Shown one piece after another: positions 8,215 to 16,500 of a stretch of 33,452 nt of DNA. The notes under the pieces are model-generated. The model was not told where the DNA came from. It did not search any database and worked only from the letters and a program-made list of their open reading frames with translations. A program made the translations under genes and the position numbers. Origin of the DNA: Oscillospiraceae bacterium (GTDB lineage Bacteria; Bacillota; Clostridia; Oscillospirales; CAG-272); contig SVQS01000003.1 of the NCBI GenBank assembly GCA_015065205.1, forward strand, positions 1 to 33,452, given 5' to 3'. Position 1 is the first letter of the stretch. Each line of letters starts with the position of its first letter.

Positions 8215-9597
8215 ATGAAAAACATTTTTAAAATTGCAACATTATTTTGCTTGGCCATTTGCGTTATGCTATTGATGGCTGCTTGCAACACAAAGGATGA
8301 AACACCACAAACAACAACTAACGAAGAAACTACCTCTCCCGAAATTACCACTCCCGAAATCACAACCCCTGAGGAAACAACTGCTACCGATACTTCTGTA
8401 ACCTACACAGTAACCGTGGTGGACGAGAACAACGCGCCTCTTGCAGGTGCTACCGTTCAGCTTTGTGTTGGCGAGCTTTGCAGACTTCCCGTGTTTACCG
8501 GTGCAGACGGTGTTGCAATTCTTAAGATTGACGAAGCAGACTACACCGTAAAGGTAACCCTTGGCGGCTACACCGGCGAGGCAGAATATCACTTTGCCGC
8601 AGGCTCAACCGAGCTTACGGTTCAACTCACAAAAGTTCCCGAGGAAACATCAGAAGAAGATCTTTACCCCGAGCCGGTCAAGCAGCTGCTGACAAATAAC
8701 CAACCGTATTCTTTGGAGTTCGTTTCCAATGGAGACGGAACCTGCTATGTTAGCAAGCTGTATTTGAACAATCGATACGAGACTGCATTTGACATAATCA
8801 TTCCCGAACAATCCCCCACGGGAGATACTGTTACGGGCATTGACTTTGGGGACTCTCTCACCTCTCCGAATGACATAGTGCCTCGATTCTTGACGCAAAA
8901 TCAAGTAAATGAGATTTTAACGCAGGTCAAGGCAGATTATCCGGATCTGGAAAACGGCGATGTCGACAGATGGTGGATAAATGCATACCTTCATTTCGAT
9001 GTTTCAAAAATGTCACCATTGATGGCTCAAGAAATGATTAAAAGATATCCAGTGCTTGAATATATGAATATTATTTTTTCTTGGTCTTCCAAAATGTCTA
9101 AAGTTGATGACACCTTCTTGAGACTTAAAATGGCCGACATTACGTTGTCTGTAGCAAAACAGTGCTATGAAGACCTTATTCAAGAGATGCGTGATGCAGG
9201 TGCGCCCGAAGAAACGCTGACCATTTATAAAGAACTCTTAGAGGCAATGCCTGTGTACGTAAATCAGAGCGAATATGTTCGCTATTTACACATTCCGTCA
9301 TCGGTTACCAATATCAATGCAGAGTCGTTATCTTGTTTGATGTTTGAGTTTGAATATGATGGTGAGTGTATCGATAGAGGTGTTGTTCTTCCTGCGTTTG
9401 ATTTGCAAACCACAAATGCAATAAAGCGCGCCGTTGCCGCAAGTTTGCCTGATGAGTATGAATTTGTTATTTTTTCTCAAAGCACGTCCTCTGTTGGGTA
9501 TGAGGAAATCGACAATTTTGCAATCTATTCTCCTGAAGAACCCGAAAGCAATGTTCTTGCTTGGCACTATGTAGATGGTGTGCCGACGCTTTGGTAA
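8215..9597 (+). CDS. Putative surface lipoprotein: Thr/Pro/Glu linker, beta-sandwich domain, BspA/LRR_5-like segments
   Basis: RBS AAGGAG before ATG 8215. Signal peptide ends in lipobox MAAC. TTPE repeats, 'YTVTVVDENNAPLAGATVQLC', 'IIIPEQ', 'LHIPSSVTNI', C-terminal 'WHYVDGVPTLW'. Confidence 0.7.
   Translation: MKNIFKIATLFCLAICVMLLMAACNTKDETPQTTTNEETTSPEITTPEITTPEETTATDTSVTYTVTVVDENNAPLAGATVQLCVGELCRLPVFTGADGVAILKIDEADYTVKVTLGGYTGEAEYHFAAGSTELTVQLTKVPEETSEEDLYPEPVKQLLTNNQPYSLEFVSNGDGTCYVSKLYLNNRYETAFDIIIPEQSPTGDTVTGIDFGDSLTSPNDIVPRFLTQNQVNEILTQVKADYPDLENGDVDRWWINAYLHFDVSKMSPLMAQEMIKRYPVLEYMNIIFSWSSKMSKVDDTFLRLKMADITLSVAKQCYEDLIQEMRDAGAPEETLTIYKELLEAMPVYVNQSEYVRYLHIPSSVTNINAESLSCLMFEFEYDGECIDRGVVLPAFDLQTTNAIKRAVAASLPDEYEFVIFSQSTSSVGYEEIDNFAIYSPEEPESNVLAWHYVDGVPTLW
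8338..8382 (+). repeat. Three imperfect 15-bp tandem repeats coding the PEITT linker
   Basis: cccgaaattaccact cccgaaatcacaacc cctgaggaaacaact. Confidence 0.75.
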
Positions 9598-9648
9598 TAA
9601 ATCGATTGCGCGGGAAATTATCGCACAAAAAGTAATCATCGAATACCC

Positions 9649-9712
9649 CCCGCCCGAGGACAAAATCCTCGGGCTTTCTTATTGTTACGGTGAAACTAAC
9701 CAAAGCCTCCCT
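9649..9712 (+). terminator. Terminator hairpin, direct-repeat copy 1
   Basis: gcccgagga-caaaa-tcctcgggc-tttctt. Near-identical to 10496-10558. Confidence 0.8.
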
Positions 9713-9813
9713 CCGAGAGGGGGGCGAGTAAAATGAGCCAGATGAGGTGTAGCCGCCCTTGGCGGCGTTAGGTACAGTCAACTATCAGTTGATATTCAAA
9801 AAGCAAAAACCTA

Positions 9814-9842
9814 TTGACAATCCATCCATTATGTGTTACAAT
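9814..9842 (+). promoter_or_regulatory. sigmaA promoter of the 9.9-kb hypothetical gene
   Basis: TTGACA-17 bp-TACAAT with extended TG. Confidence 0.75.
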
Positions 9843-9913
9843 AAATTTGTGAGGGGGACGGCACCCATAACAAAAAACGGCATCACAAAATAATTGCATA
9901 TCACTATAAGGGG

Positions 9914-10492
9914 GTGACACCCATCGAAAAAAACATTATTGTAGTAGATGAGCAAGGAAATGAATATGAGGCGACCTATCCAAAACGGGCAAAAGGTCTT
10001 GTAAAAAACGGCAGGGCACGCTTCGTAGACGAAAACAAAATATGCCTTGCGTGTCCTCCGGATAAAATTTTGGAGGAAGAAAAAGTGTCTAATAATACAA
10101 ACGAATTGACCGCAAAGGAAATCTTCACACAGATTACCATTCTGCAAAAGCAGCTTACCGAAAACAGTCAAACATCTTTGCATCGCCTTGGGGATGCGCT
10201 TTCAACGTTCGAGAGTGAAAACGTTGAGGATTCCGGTGAGCAAATTTCCGAAATTTGCAATGTTTTTTATACGAGAGAGCTGACACTTCTCAAGATGCTT
10301 GAAATGTATGAAAAGATGTACAATGACATTCAAAACGAGGAAACCAAAAAAGTTAATTTGGTAAAATCGGCATTTGATAACAATATGGCAATGATAAAGG
10401 AATCCAATATGGAAACACAAGACAAGGTTGCAGCTCTCAGCTACGTTACCGATAAAATTGCAGAGCTTGTAGAAAAAGCAATCACCAAATAA
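9914..10492 (+). CDS. Hypothetical protein with RRXRR/PLMP-like N-terminal module and helical C-terminus; start uncertain (GTG 9914, ATC 9923 or GTG 10085)
   Basis: ORF has its own promoter and terminator. N-terminus 'IIVVDEQGNEYEATYPKRAKGLVKNGRARFV'. Confidence 0.75.
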   Translation: MTPIEKNIIVVDEQGNEYEATYPKRAKGLVKNGRARFVDENKICLACPPDKILEEEKVSNNTNELTAKEIFTQITILQKQLTENSQTSLHRLGDALSTFESENVEDSGEQISEICNVFYTRELTLLKMLEMYEKMYNDIQNEETKKVNLVKSAFDNNMAMIKESNMETQDKVAALSYVTDKIAELVEKAITK

Positions 10493-10495
10493 CAA

Positions 10496-10558
10496 CCCGC
10501 CCGAGGACAAAATCCTCGGGCTTTTTTATTGTTTGCAGTGACTAACGATAGGCTCCCT
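10496..10558 (+). terminator. Terminator hairpin, direct-repeat copy 2
   Basis: gcccgagga-caaaa-tcctcgggc-tttttt, a few bases after the stop codon. Confidence 0.85.
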
Positions 10559-10686
10559 TGTGTAAAGGGATGCTGTAAAATGTCGCAAGCGACAAGGGAC
10601 TGAGGGATTGTCTTAAAAGAATTTTGTTTTTAAAAATCCCTCCGCCTCGTATACACTCGGCACCTCCCTTTACACAAGGGAGGCTT
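10551..10686. repeat. REPIN-like inverted doublet of palindromic repeats
   Basis: Perfect 18-bp IR ctcccttgtgtaaaggga (10553-10570) / tccctttacacaagggag (10665-10682). Inner IR gagggatt / aatccctc. Small hairpin tgtcgc-aa-gcgaca. Confidence 0.75.
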
Positions 10687-10760
10687 TCTCATTCGCGCCT
10701 TTTTGTCAACTCCTACAAAACAAATTATCACATTTTTCAAAAAAATGTTTGATATAGGGC

Positions 10761-10789
10761 TTTTCATACGTCGTTTTTTGTGGTATAAT
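10761..10789 (+). promoter_or_regulatory. Putative promoter of typA
   Basis: Extended -10 TGgTATAAT (10781-10789) with weak -35 TTTTCA at 17 bp. Confidence 0.6.
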
Positions 10790-10842
10790 ATGTATTTGGT
10801 ATGTTTTGAAAAAAATTTGGACGAATATGGAGAATTGGAAAA

Positions 10843-12687
10843 GTGATCAGAGAAGATTTGAGAAACGTGGCAATTATCGCGCACGTTGACCACGGTAAAA
10901 CGACATTGGTAGACGGGCTCCTCAAGCAGGGCGGCATCTACCGCGAAAATCAAGAGACCGTTGTTCGCGTTATGGACTCCGGCGACCTTGAAAAAGAGCG
11001 CGGCATTACCATTTTGGCAAAGAACACCGCCGTTCACTATAAGGATATTAAGATCAACATCATCGATACCCCCGGCCACGCCGACTTTGGTGGCGAGGTT
11101 GAGAGAATTTTGAAGATGGTAAACGGTGTTATCCTTTTGGTTGACGCTGCCGAGGGACCTATGCCCCAAACACGCTTCGTTTTGCAAAAGGCGTTGGAGT
11201 TGAACCACCGCGTTATCGTTTGCATCAACAAAATAGACAAGCCCGATGCCCGTCTTGGCGAGGTTGAGGACGAAATTCTCGAACTCTTGATGGACCTTGG
11301 CGCAAACGACGAACAGCTCGACAGCCCGATGATGTACTGCTCGGGTCGTGCAGGTACTGCTACCGAGGATCCCCTCGAAGAGGGCGTTGACCTGACTCCT
11401 CTGTTTGAAAAGATCGTCAACTATATGCCTGCTCCCGAGGGAGATGAGACGGGTGATCTTCAGCTGCTCGTTTCCTCCATCGACTACAACGATTACGTTG
11501 GACGTATCGGTATCGGACGCATCGAGCGCGGAAACATTCGTGTAGGTCAAGAGGTTGCCATCTGCAACTATCACACCCCCGGCGCCATTAAAAAGACCAA
11601 GGTTGTCTCTCTTTACCAAATTGACGGTCTTGTTCGTCAGCCTGTTGAAAGAGCTACCGTTGGCGACATCGTCTGCTTCTCCGGTGCGGGCGACATCACC
11701 ATTGGCGACACATTGACCACCGTTGCCCATCCCGAGCCTTTGGAGTTCGTTAAGGTCTCCGAACCCACAATGGAGATGACCTTTATGGTCAACAACAGCC
11801 CCTTGGCGGGCAAGGAGGGTAAGTTTGTTACTTCCCGTCAGCTGCGCGACAGACTCTACCGCGAGCTGCTCAAGGATGTTTCCTTGCGCGTATCCGACGG
11901 TGACACCACCGACGAGTTCCGCGTTGCGGGCAGAGGTGAAATGCACCTTTCTATCCTTCTTGAAACCATGCGCCGCGAGGGCTTTGAGCTTGCTTGCTCC
12001 AATCCCCGTGTGCTTTACAAGGAAATCGACGGCAAAAAGTGCGAGCCTATGGAGCGCGTAACGCTTGACGTTCCTATGGATTACGTTGGCGTTGTTGTTG
12101 AAAAGCTCTCCCAACGCAAGGGCGACCTGCTCTCGATGAACCCTGTCGGAAGCCGCACACGTATCGAATATTCTATTCCGTCTCGTTGTCTGTTTGGCTA
12201 CCGTTCCGAGTTCCTCACCGCTACCCACGGCGAAGGTGTTATCAACACCATCTTCGATGGTTACGCACCTTATCGCGGAGAGATCACCATGAAGTTCACA
12301 GGCTCTCTCATCGCGTCCGAGGCAGGTGAGACCACCCGTTACGGTCTCTACAACACCCAGGAGCGCGGGCAGCTCTTTGTTGGTCCGCAAACGCAGGTTT
12401 ATGAGGGAATGATCGTTGGTGAAAACCCGAAAAACGATGACATTGCCGTCAATCCTTGCAAAAAGAAGCAACTCACCGCCATCCGTTCTGCGGGTGCGGA
12501 CGAAAAGCTTCTCTTGACTCCTGCCAAGATTTTCACCTTGGAAGAAGCAATCGAATATATCACCGATGACGACCTCATCGAGGTCACACCCAAGTCCATC
12601 CGTCTGCGCAAAAAGATCCTCAATACCGAACTCCGTATGAAGGAAATGATGCGCCGCCGCCGTGAATTGGAAGCACAAAAGAAGTAA
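10843..12687 (+). CDS. typA: Translational GTPase TypA/BipA
   Basis: 'LRNVAIIAHVDHGKTTLVD', 'ERGITILAKN', 'DTPGHADFGGEVER', 'GRGEMHLSIL', 'EVTPKSIRLRK'. Confidence 0.98.
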   Translation: MIREDLRNVAIIAHVDHGKTTLVDGLLKQGGIYRENQETVVRVMDSGDLEKERGITILAKNTAVHYKDIKINIIDTPGHADFGGEVERILKMVNGVILLVDAAEGPMPQTRFVLQKALELNHRVIVCINKIDKPDARLGEVEDEILELLMDLGANDEQLDSPMMYCSGRAGTATEDPLEEGVDLTPLFEKIVNYMPAPEGDETGDLQLLVSSIDYNDYVGRIGIGRIERGNIRVGQEVAICNYHTPGAIKKTKVVSLYQIDGLVRQPVERATVGDIVCFSGAGDITIGDTLTTVAHPEPLEFVKVSEPTMEMTFMVNNSPLAGKEGKFVTSRQLRDRLYRELLKDVSLRVSDGDTTDEFRVAGRGEMHLSILLETMRREGFELACSNPRVLYKEIDGKKCEPMERVTLDVPMDYVGVVVEKLSQRKGDLLSMNPVGSRTRIEYSIPSRCLFGYRSEFLTATHGEGVINTIFDGYAPYRGEITMKFTGSLIASEAGETTRYGLYNTQERGQLFVGPQTQVYEGMIVGENPKNDDIAVNPCKKKQLTAIRSAGADEKLLLTPAKIFTLEEAIEYITDDDLIEVTPKSIRLRKKILNTELRMKEMMRRRRELEAQKK

Positions 12688-12688
12688 T

Positions 12689-12800
12689 TGTCAAGGTCTA
12701 ATTTCATTGCTAACAAGTCTAATTTAATCGCTAACAAGATTGGGTTAAAAAATGCGATGTTTAATTTAATCGCTAACAAGTACAATTTAATCGCTAACAA
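12689..12800 (+). repeat. typA-proximal transposon end: four 21-bp putative transposase-binding sites
   Basis: Consensus gtctaatttaatcgctaacaa at 12696, 12717, 12759 and 12780, all in 21-bp phase with one unrelated 21-bp spacer. Confidence 0.9.
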
Positions 12801-12810
12801 GAAAATACCA

Positions 12811-12858
12811 AAGCAGAAGGACGGGACTCCAAAATTGGAGTTCCGTCCTTTTGCTTTT
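12811..12858 (+). terminator. Strong hairpin just inside the transposon end (would terminate typA read-through)
   Basis: aagcagaaggacgggactccaa-aa-ttggagttccgtccttttgctt followed by tt. Confidence 0.75.
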
Positions 12859-13001
12859 AAAACCGTATCGACCGCAGGCTCAATTTCTTTGAAATCGTGT
12901 GATTTATCGGTTATCTGTAAAGTGTTTTGAATGTTACGGATTATTTTATCCTTCGTAATTTCTTTTTCGTGTTGCTCTGTTCTGTCATATATTAAAAAAT
13001 A

Positions 13002-13030
13002 TTGAAAAACGATTGAATATATGATATAAT
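13002..13030 (+). promoter_or_regulatory. sigmaA promoter of the cargo operon
   Basis: TTGAAA-17 bp-TATAAT with extended TG. Confidence 0.75.
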
Positions 13031-13062
13031 AGACCATATAAAGCTTGTATTGGAGAATTTTT

Positions 13063-13497
13063 ATGCCTAACAAAAGCATTCAAATATACGTTGCCCTAAA
13101 GCACATGGGAAACGTAGCAAGAAAAGTAAAAGAATATCCGTTCTTACTCGGTAAGACACCGCGCACGTTTCGTGAGTTGATCGAAGAATCGGTAAGATCT
13201 TGCGTTGATGCATACAAGACACGCGCAAACAATGCGAACAACCCCGCACCGCTTACCGATGAGCAGCTTGACGGGATGCGCGAGATCGGCAAATTTGCGT
13301 TTGGTGTGCATTACAATGAAAACAAAATAGACGAAGAAAAAGCTATTCAAACTGCGATAGATGCGGTGACGGACGGACTTGTGCGCGTGTTCAAGGGGAC
13401 GAATGAAATTACCGATCTTGATGCCGAAATCGAAATATCCGAAGGCGATGTCTTTACGTTCGTAAGACTTACAATGCTCTCGGGCAGAATGTGGTAA
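13063..13497 (+). CDS. Small hypothetical protein with MoaD/ThiS (ubiquitin-like)-style C-terminus
   Basis: RBS GGAG before ATG 13063. C-terminus 'VRVFKGTNEITDLDAEIEISEGDVFTFVRLTMLSGRMW'. 13 bp upstream of the next gene. Confidence 0.75.
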   Translation: MPNKSIQIYVALKHMGNVARKVKEYPFLLGKTPRTFRELIEESVRSCVDAYKTRANNANNPAPLTDEQLDGMREIGKFAFGVHYNENKIDEEKAIQTAIDAVTDGLVRVFKGTNEITDLDAEIEISEGDVFTFVRLTMLSGRMW

Positions 13498-13510
13498 AGG
13501 AGGGACCCCA

Positions 13511-16500
13511 ATGGCGGATAATGTTTCGGAAAAATACGAAGCAATGATGAAAAAGAAAAAGCTCGCGGAAGCTTATGCGGAAAAATTTCGCAAGCGCGAG
13601 GAATTGCTGAAAGAAAAGCTAAGCAAGGGGCAGTATGATTTTTTCAAAAATCAAGGACAATTCCTTGACCAGACCATCTATTCGAATCTCGTAACGGCAA
13701 TGAGAAATCCGAGTACCGTTCCTTCGGAATACGTATCCAAAAAATTGGGATGGCTCTTTGATTTTGCAATTCCAAGCCGTGAAAAGGACGTTATTTTGTA
13801 TTTTGCGGACAGACTGCAAGAATATCCTTATTCGGATTCTTACAGCAGAAGATCGTTCAGGGCAAAAGGGAACGGCGCATACGCATCGAAGCTTGCGTAT
13901 ATGATCCGTCAATATGGCAATGCCAATATGAATGTAGTCGACGAGCCCCTCGACAAAATTATCACCGGAGAAGTATCCGAACAGGCCAAGGCTTATCTTG
14001 ACGGCTATGCTTGGCGCGGATGCGGATATACGGGATGGCAGGTAGCATACGCACTTGATCATCATAACAGTAAAGTAGAAGAAGCCGTTCGTCGAATCCT
14101 GACCGAGGAAAACGGTTCGGGAATGATGACAAACGAGCTTATTCGCGGTGTGGTTTTCAGCCACAGAAGTGATTTTCATGAGCTTCTGGGCAAGCTGCTT
14201 CTTGCGGCAAGACTGCAAGAAGGTCTCCGCCAAGTCATCTGCGAAAATGCCGATTACGGCACAAAAGCCTGTTTTCTCACCATATTAAAGGTAATTGCCG
14301 AGGACAATTTGATCCGTTTTTCATCGGTTAAGCGCGCTGTGGGAACTTGGCTTGGTATCTTGACGGAAGAAGCGCGCGATCTTGACCGCGTCAGCGAAAA
14401 GAGCGTTCGTCTGATCATTGATTGTCTTGAAGACGAAAACGCACGAAAGAAACACCTTGCATCCGAGGATGCGATGAAGATCTATATTGCTCTTTGGAGC
14501 TACGGTCTCGATGATATTGACGATGCCATTCAAAAAATCGTTCAGATTGCAAACAACGGCTCAATACATCAGTTACTTGTAGCAGGCTATTTTGTGGCAA
14601 ATCTCGATCTGCCGTATCTATCCAATCAGATCGCAAAGATCGTGCTGAAGAAGCACTACGATAAGGACGAGGTTCTTGCAGTATGGCTTCCTTGCTTTAT
14701 GCCCACACGAGTGTCTGCCTTGTGGAATGCCATAAGAAACGAGCAGCCTATCGAATACAACACTTGGTTTGATAGTAAGGCTGAAATACACGAGCATTAT
14801 CAGCTTATCAAAGAGCTGTATTCTGCTTTCTCCGGCAAAACCAAAACATTCTCCCCCTGTGTTTTTCCGTGGTATGAAGCCAAAATTGCCAAGAGTGATT
14901 TTGCCGAACTTCTTTGCACCTTGACGGCTTTGTTGGGGGATAATGAAAAAATTGATGAAGCCTGCGGCTTGATCAAAGAATGTGATTCCAATCAAAGGCA
15001 AACTTATTTTTACGCCCTGCTGCACAATCCCAAAACACCGCTCCAGCGTAAAACCGTGTTGGAAGGTCTTGTTGATAGAGAAACATACACTCGCAAATCA
15101 GCTTACACGATTGTGTCCCAAATGAAATTGTCGGCTGATGAATATCACTCTATCGAGGAATATTTGCGTTTTAAGGGTGCAGATATTCGTAAAAACGTAA
15201 TAGAGCTTTTGCTCCGGCAAAATGATTCCGAACTCACCGCGTGCATCGGTCGACTGCTTGAAAACAGCAAGGAAGAAGTGCGCCTTGGCGGACTTGATAT
15301 GCTGTTGCAGCTCAAAAAGGATGCAAAACGCCACAAAATCACAGAGTCCTTTGCAAGTATTCTTTCCCAAAGAGCAAAAGCCGATGATCTTCCCTCAAAG
15401 GAAAAGATCTTGCTTGATTCTCTTGTTCCCGCAAAAGCGGAAACGAAAACGGAGGCAGTCAAGCTGTTCTGTGCAGAGGACAAATACCTGCCTGTCGAAT
15501 TTGATGCAGAGTATACAGAGCTGTGTGCAAAGACCTTTGCAGAATATTTCCCGGACTCGAAATTGCCCGAGCTGATTCGCGGCAAAAAGAGGGGGATGAA
15601 CTTTTTTGACAAGATCAAATCGGCATTGACTGATCCTGTTGCCTGCAAATCCGCAACTGTTGCGGCGATGGATATTCTGTCGCTTTCCAAGCTGATTGAT
15701 GAGCATAAACGCGATCCGTTTGTAAATTCGTGGGGCGAAACTGTACTTTTTGGAAACGTACCGCCGCATTCTCCCCACCTTGAGGACAAAGACGGTAAAT
15801 TCGTGTTTGCAGAGCTCTGGGATGAATGGAAAAAGACCAATGGAATAACCAATGCGCGCCTTGTTCGTGCGCTCGTTTTGTTCAAAGCATACAGAAAGAA
15901 AACACACTTTTCCGTGACTTGCGCAGAGACGATAAGAACCGTATTTGGAGCAGGCTTTGAACGTGGCGAAAATCTTCCTTATCCCGCTATTATCGCCATG
16001 ATTCTCAGTCACCTGCTTGACTGTGTGCCGAAGGAAGAGCTCTCACAACTTGCATCCGCAATTGCGATATGGTTTATCGGGTGCGTACCTGATAATATGG
16101 TTATGATTCACGCTCCAACACAGGAAAAATTGCCAATGCAACTGGAAATGGCACACCTGCTTGCACACGCTCAGTTGTATCAAATTTACAAATGGTTGAA
16201 ATGTGAAAACAATGCTGATTTGAAAAACACTTTCCCATTAGCTGTTGCATCTGCGGAACGTTGTGTGGCAGCTTTCAAGAAGATTCCCAAAGAAGAAACG
16301 AAGATCGGCAATTCCTATTACTACATTGGCGATTCACGTATTCGTGTTTTGCACGAGCCGCATGAGAGTATGTACGGTTCTCGCAATCCTCTTGTCGGTG
16401 TAAACGCATATTTGTTTGCGGCATATCAAGGTATTATTACCAAGGCTCAGTTGTTTGAATTCTTGCTTGATGCTGATAACCTACGCGAATCGATGGAGAC

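Noticed and set aside
10630-12678. 682-aa ORF antisense to typA (likewise those opposite queA, yicC and priA)
   Set aside because: Shadow ORFs that overlap well-supported genes almost entirely.
12696-12800. 21-bp repeats as a CRISPR mini-array or plasmid iterons
   Set aside because: Copies are directly adjacent without unique spacers, there is no cas or rep gene, and they are mirrored by inverted copies 6.3 kb away with TGT/ACA ends and a TSD.
12688-12930. 80-aa ORF with NLIANK repeats (and minus-strand ORF 12399-13079)
   Set aside because: Translation artefact of the 21-bp DNA repeats (a multiple of 3). No RBS, and it crosses a terminator.
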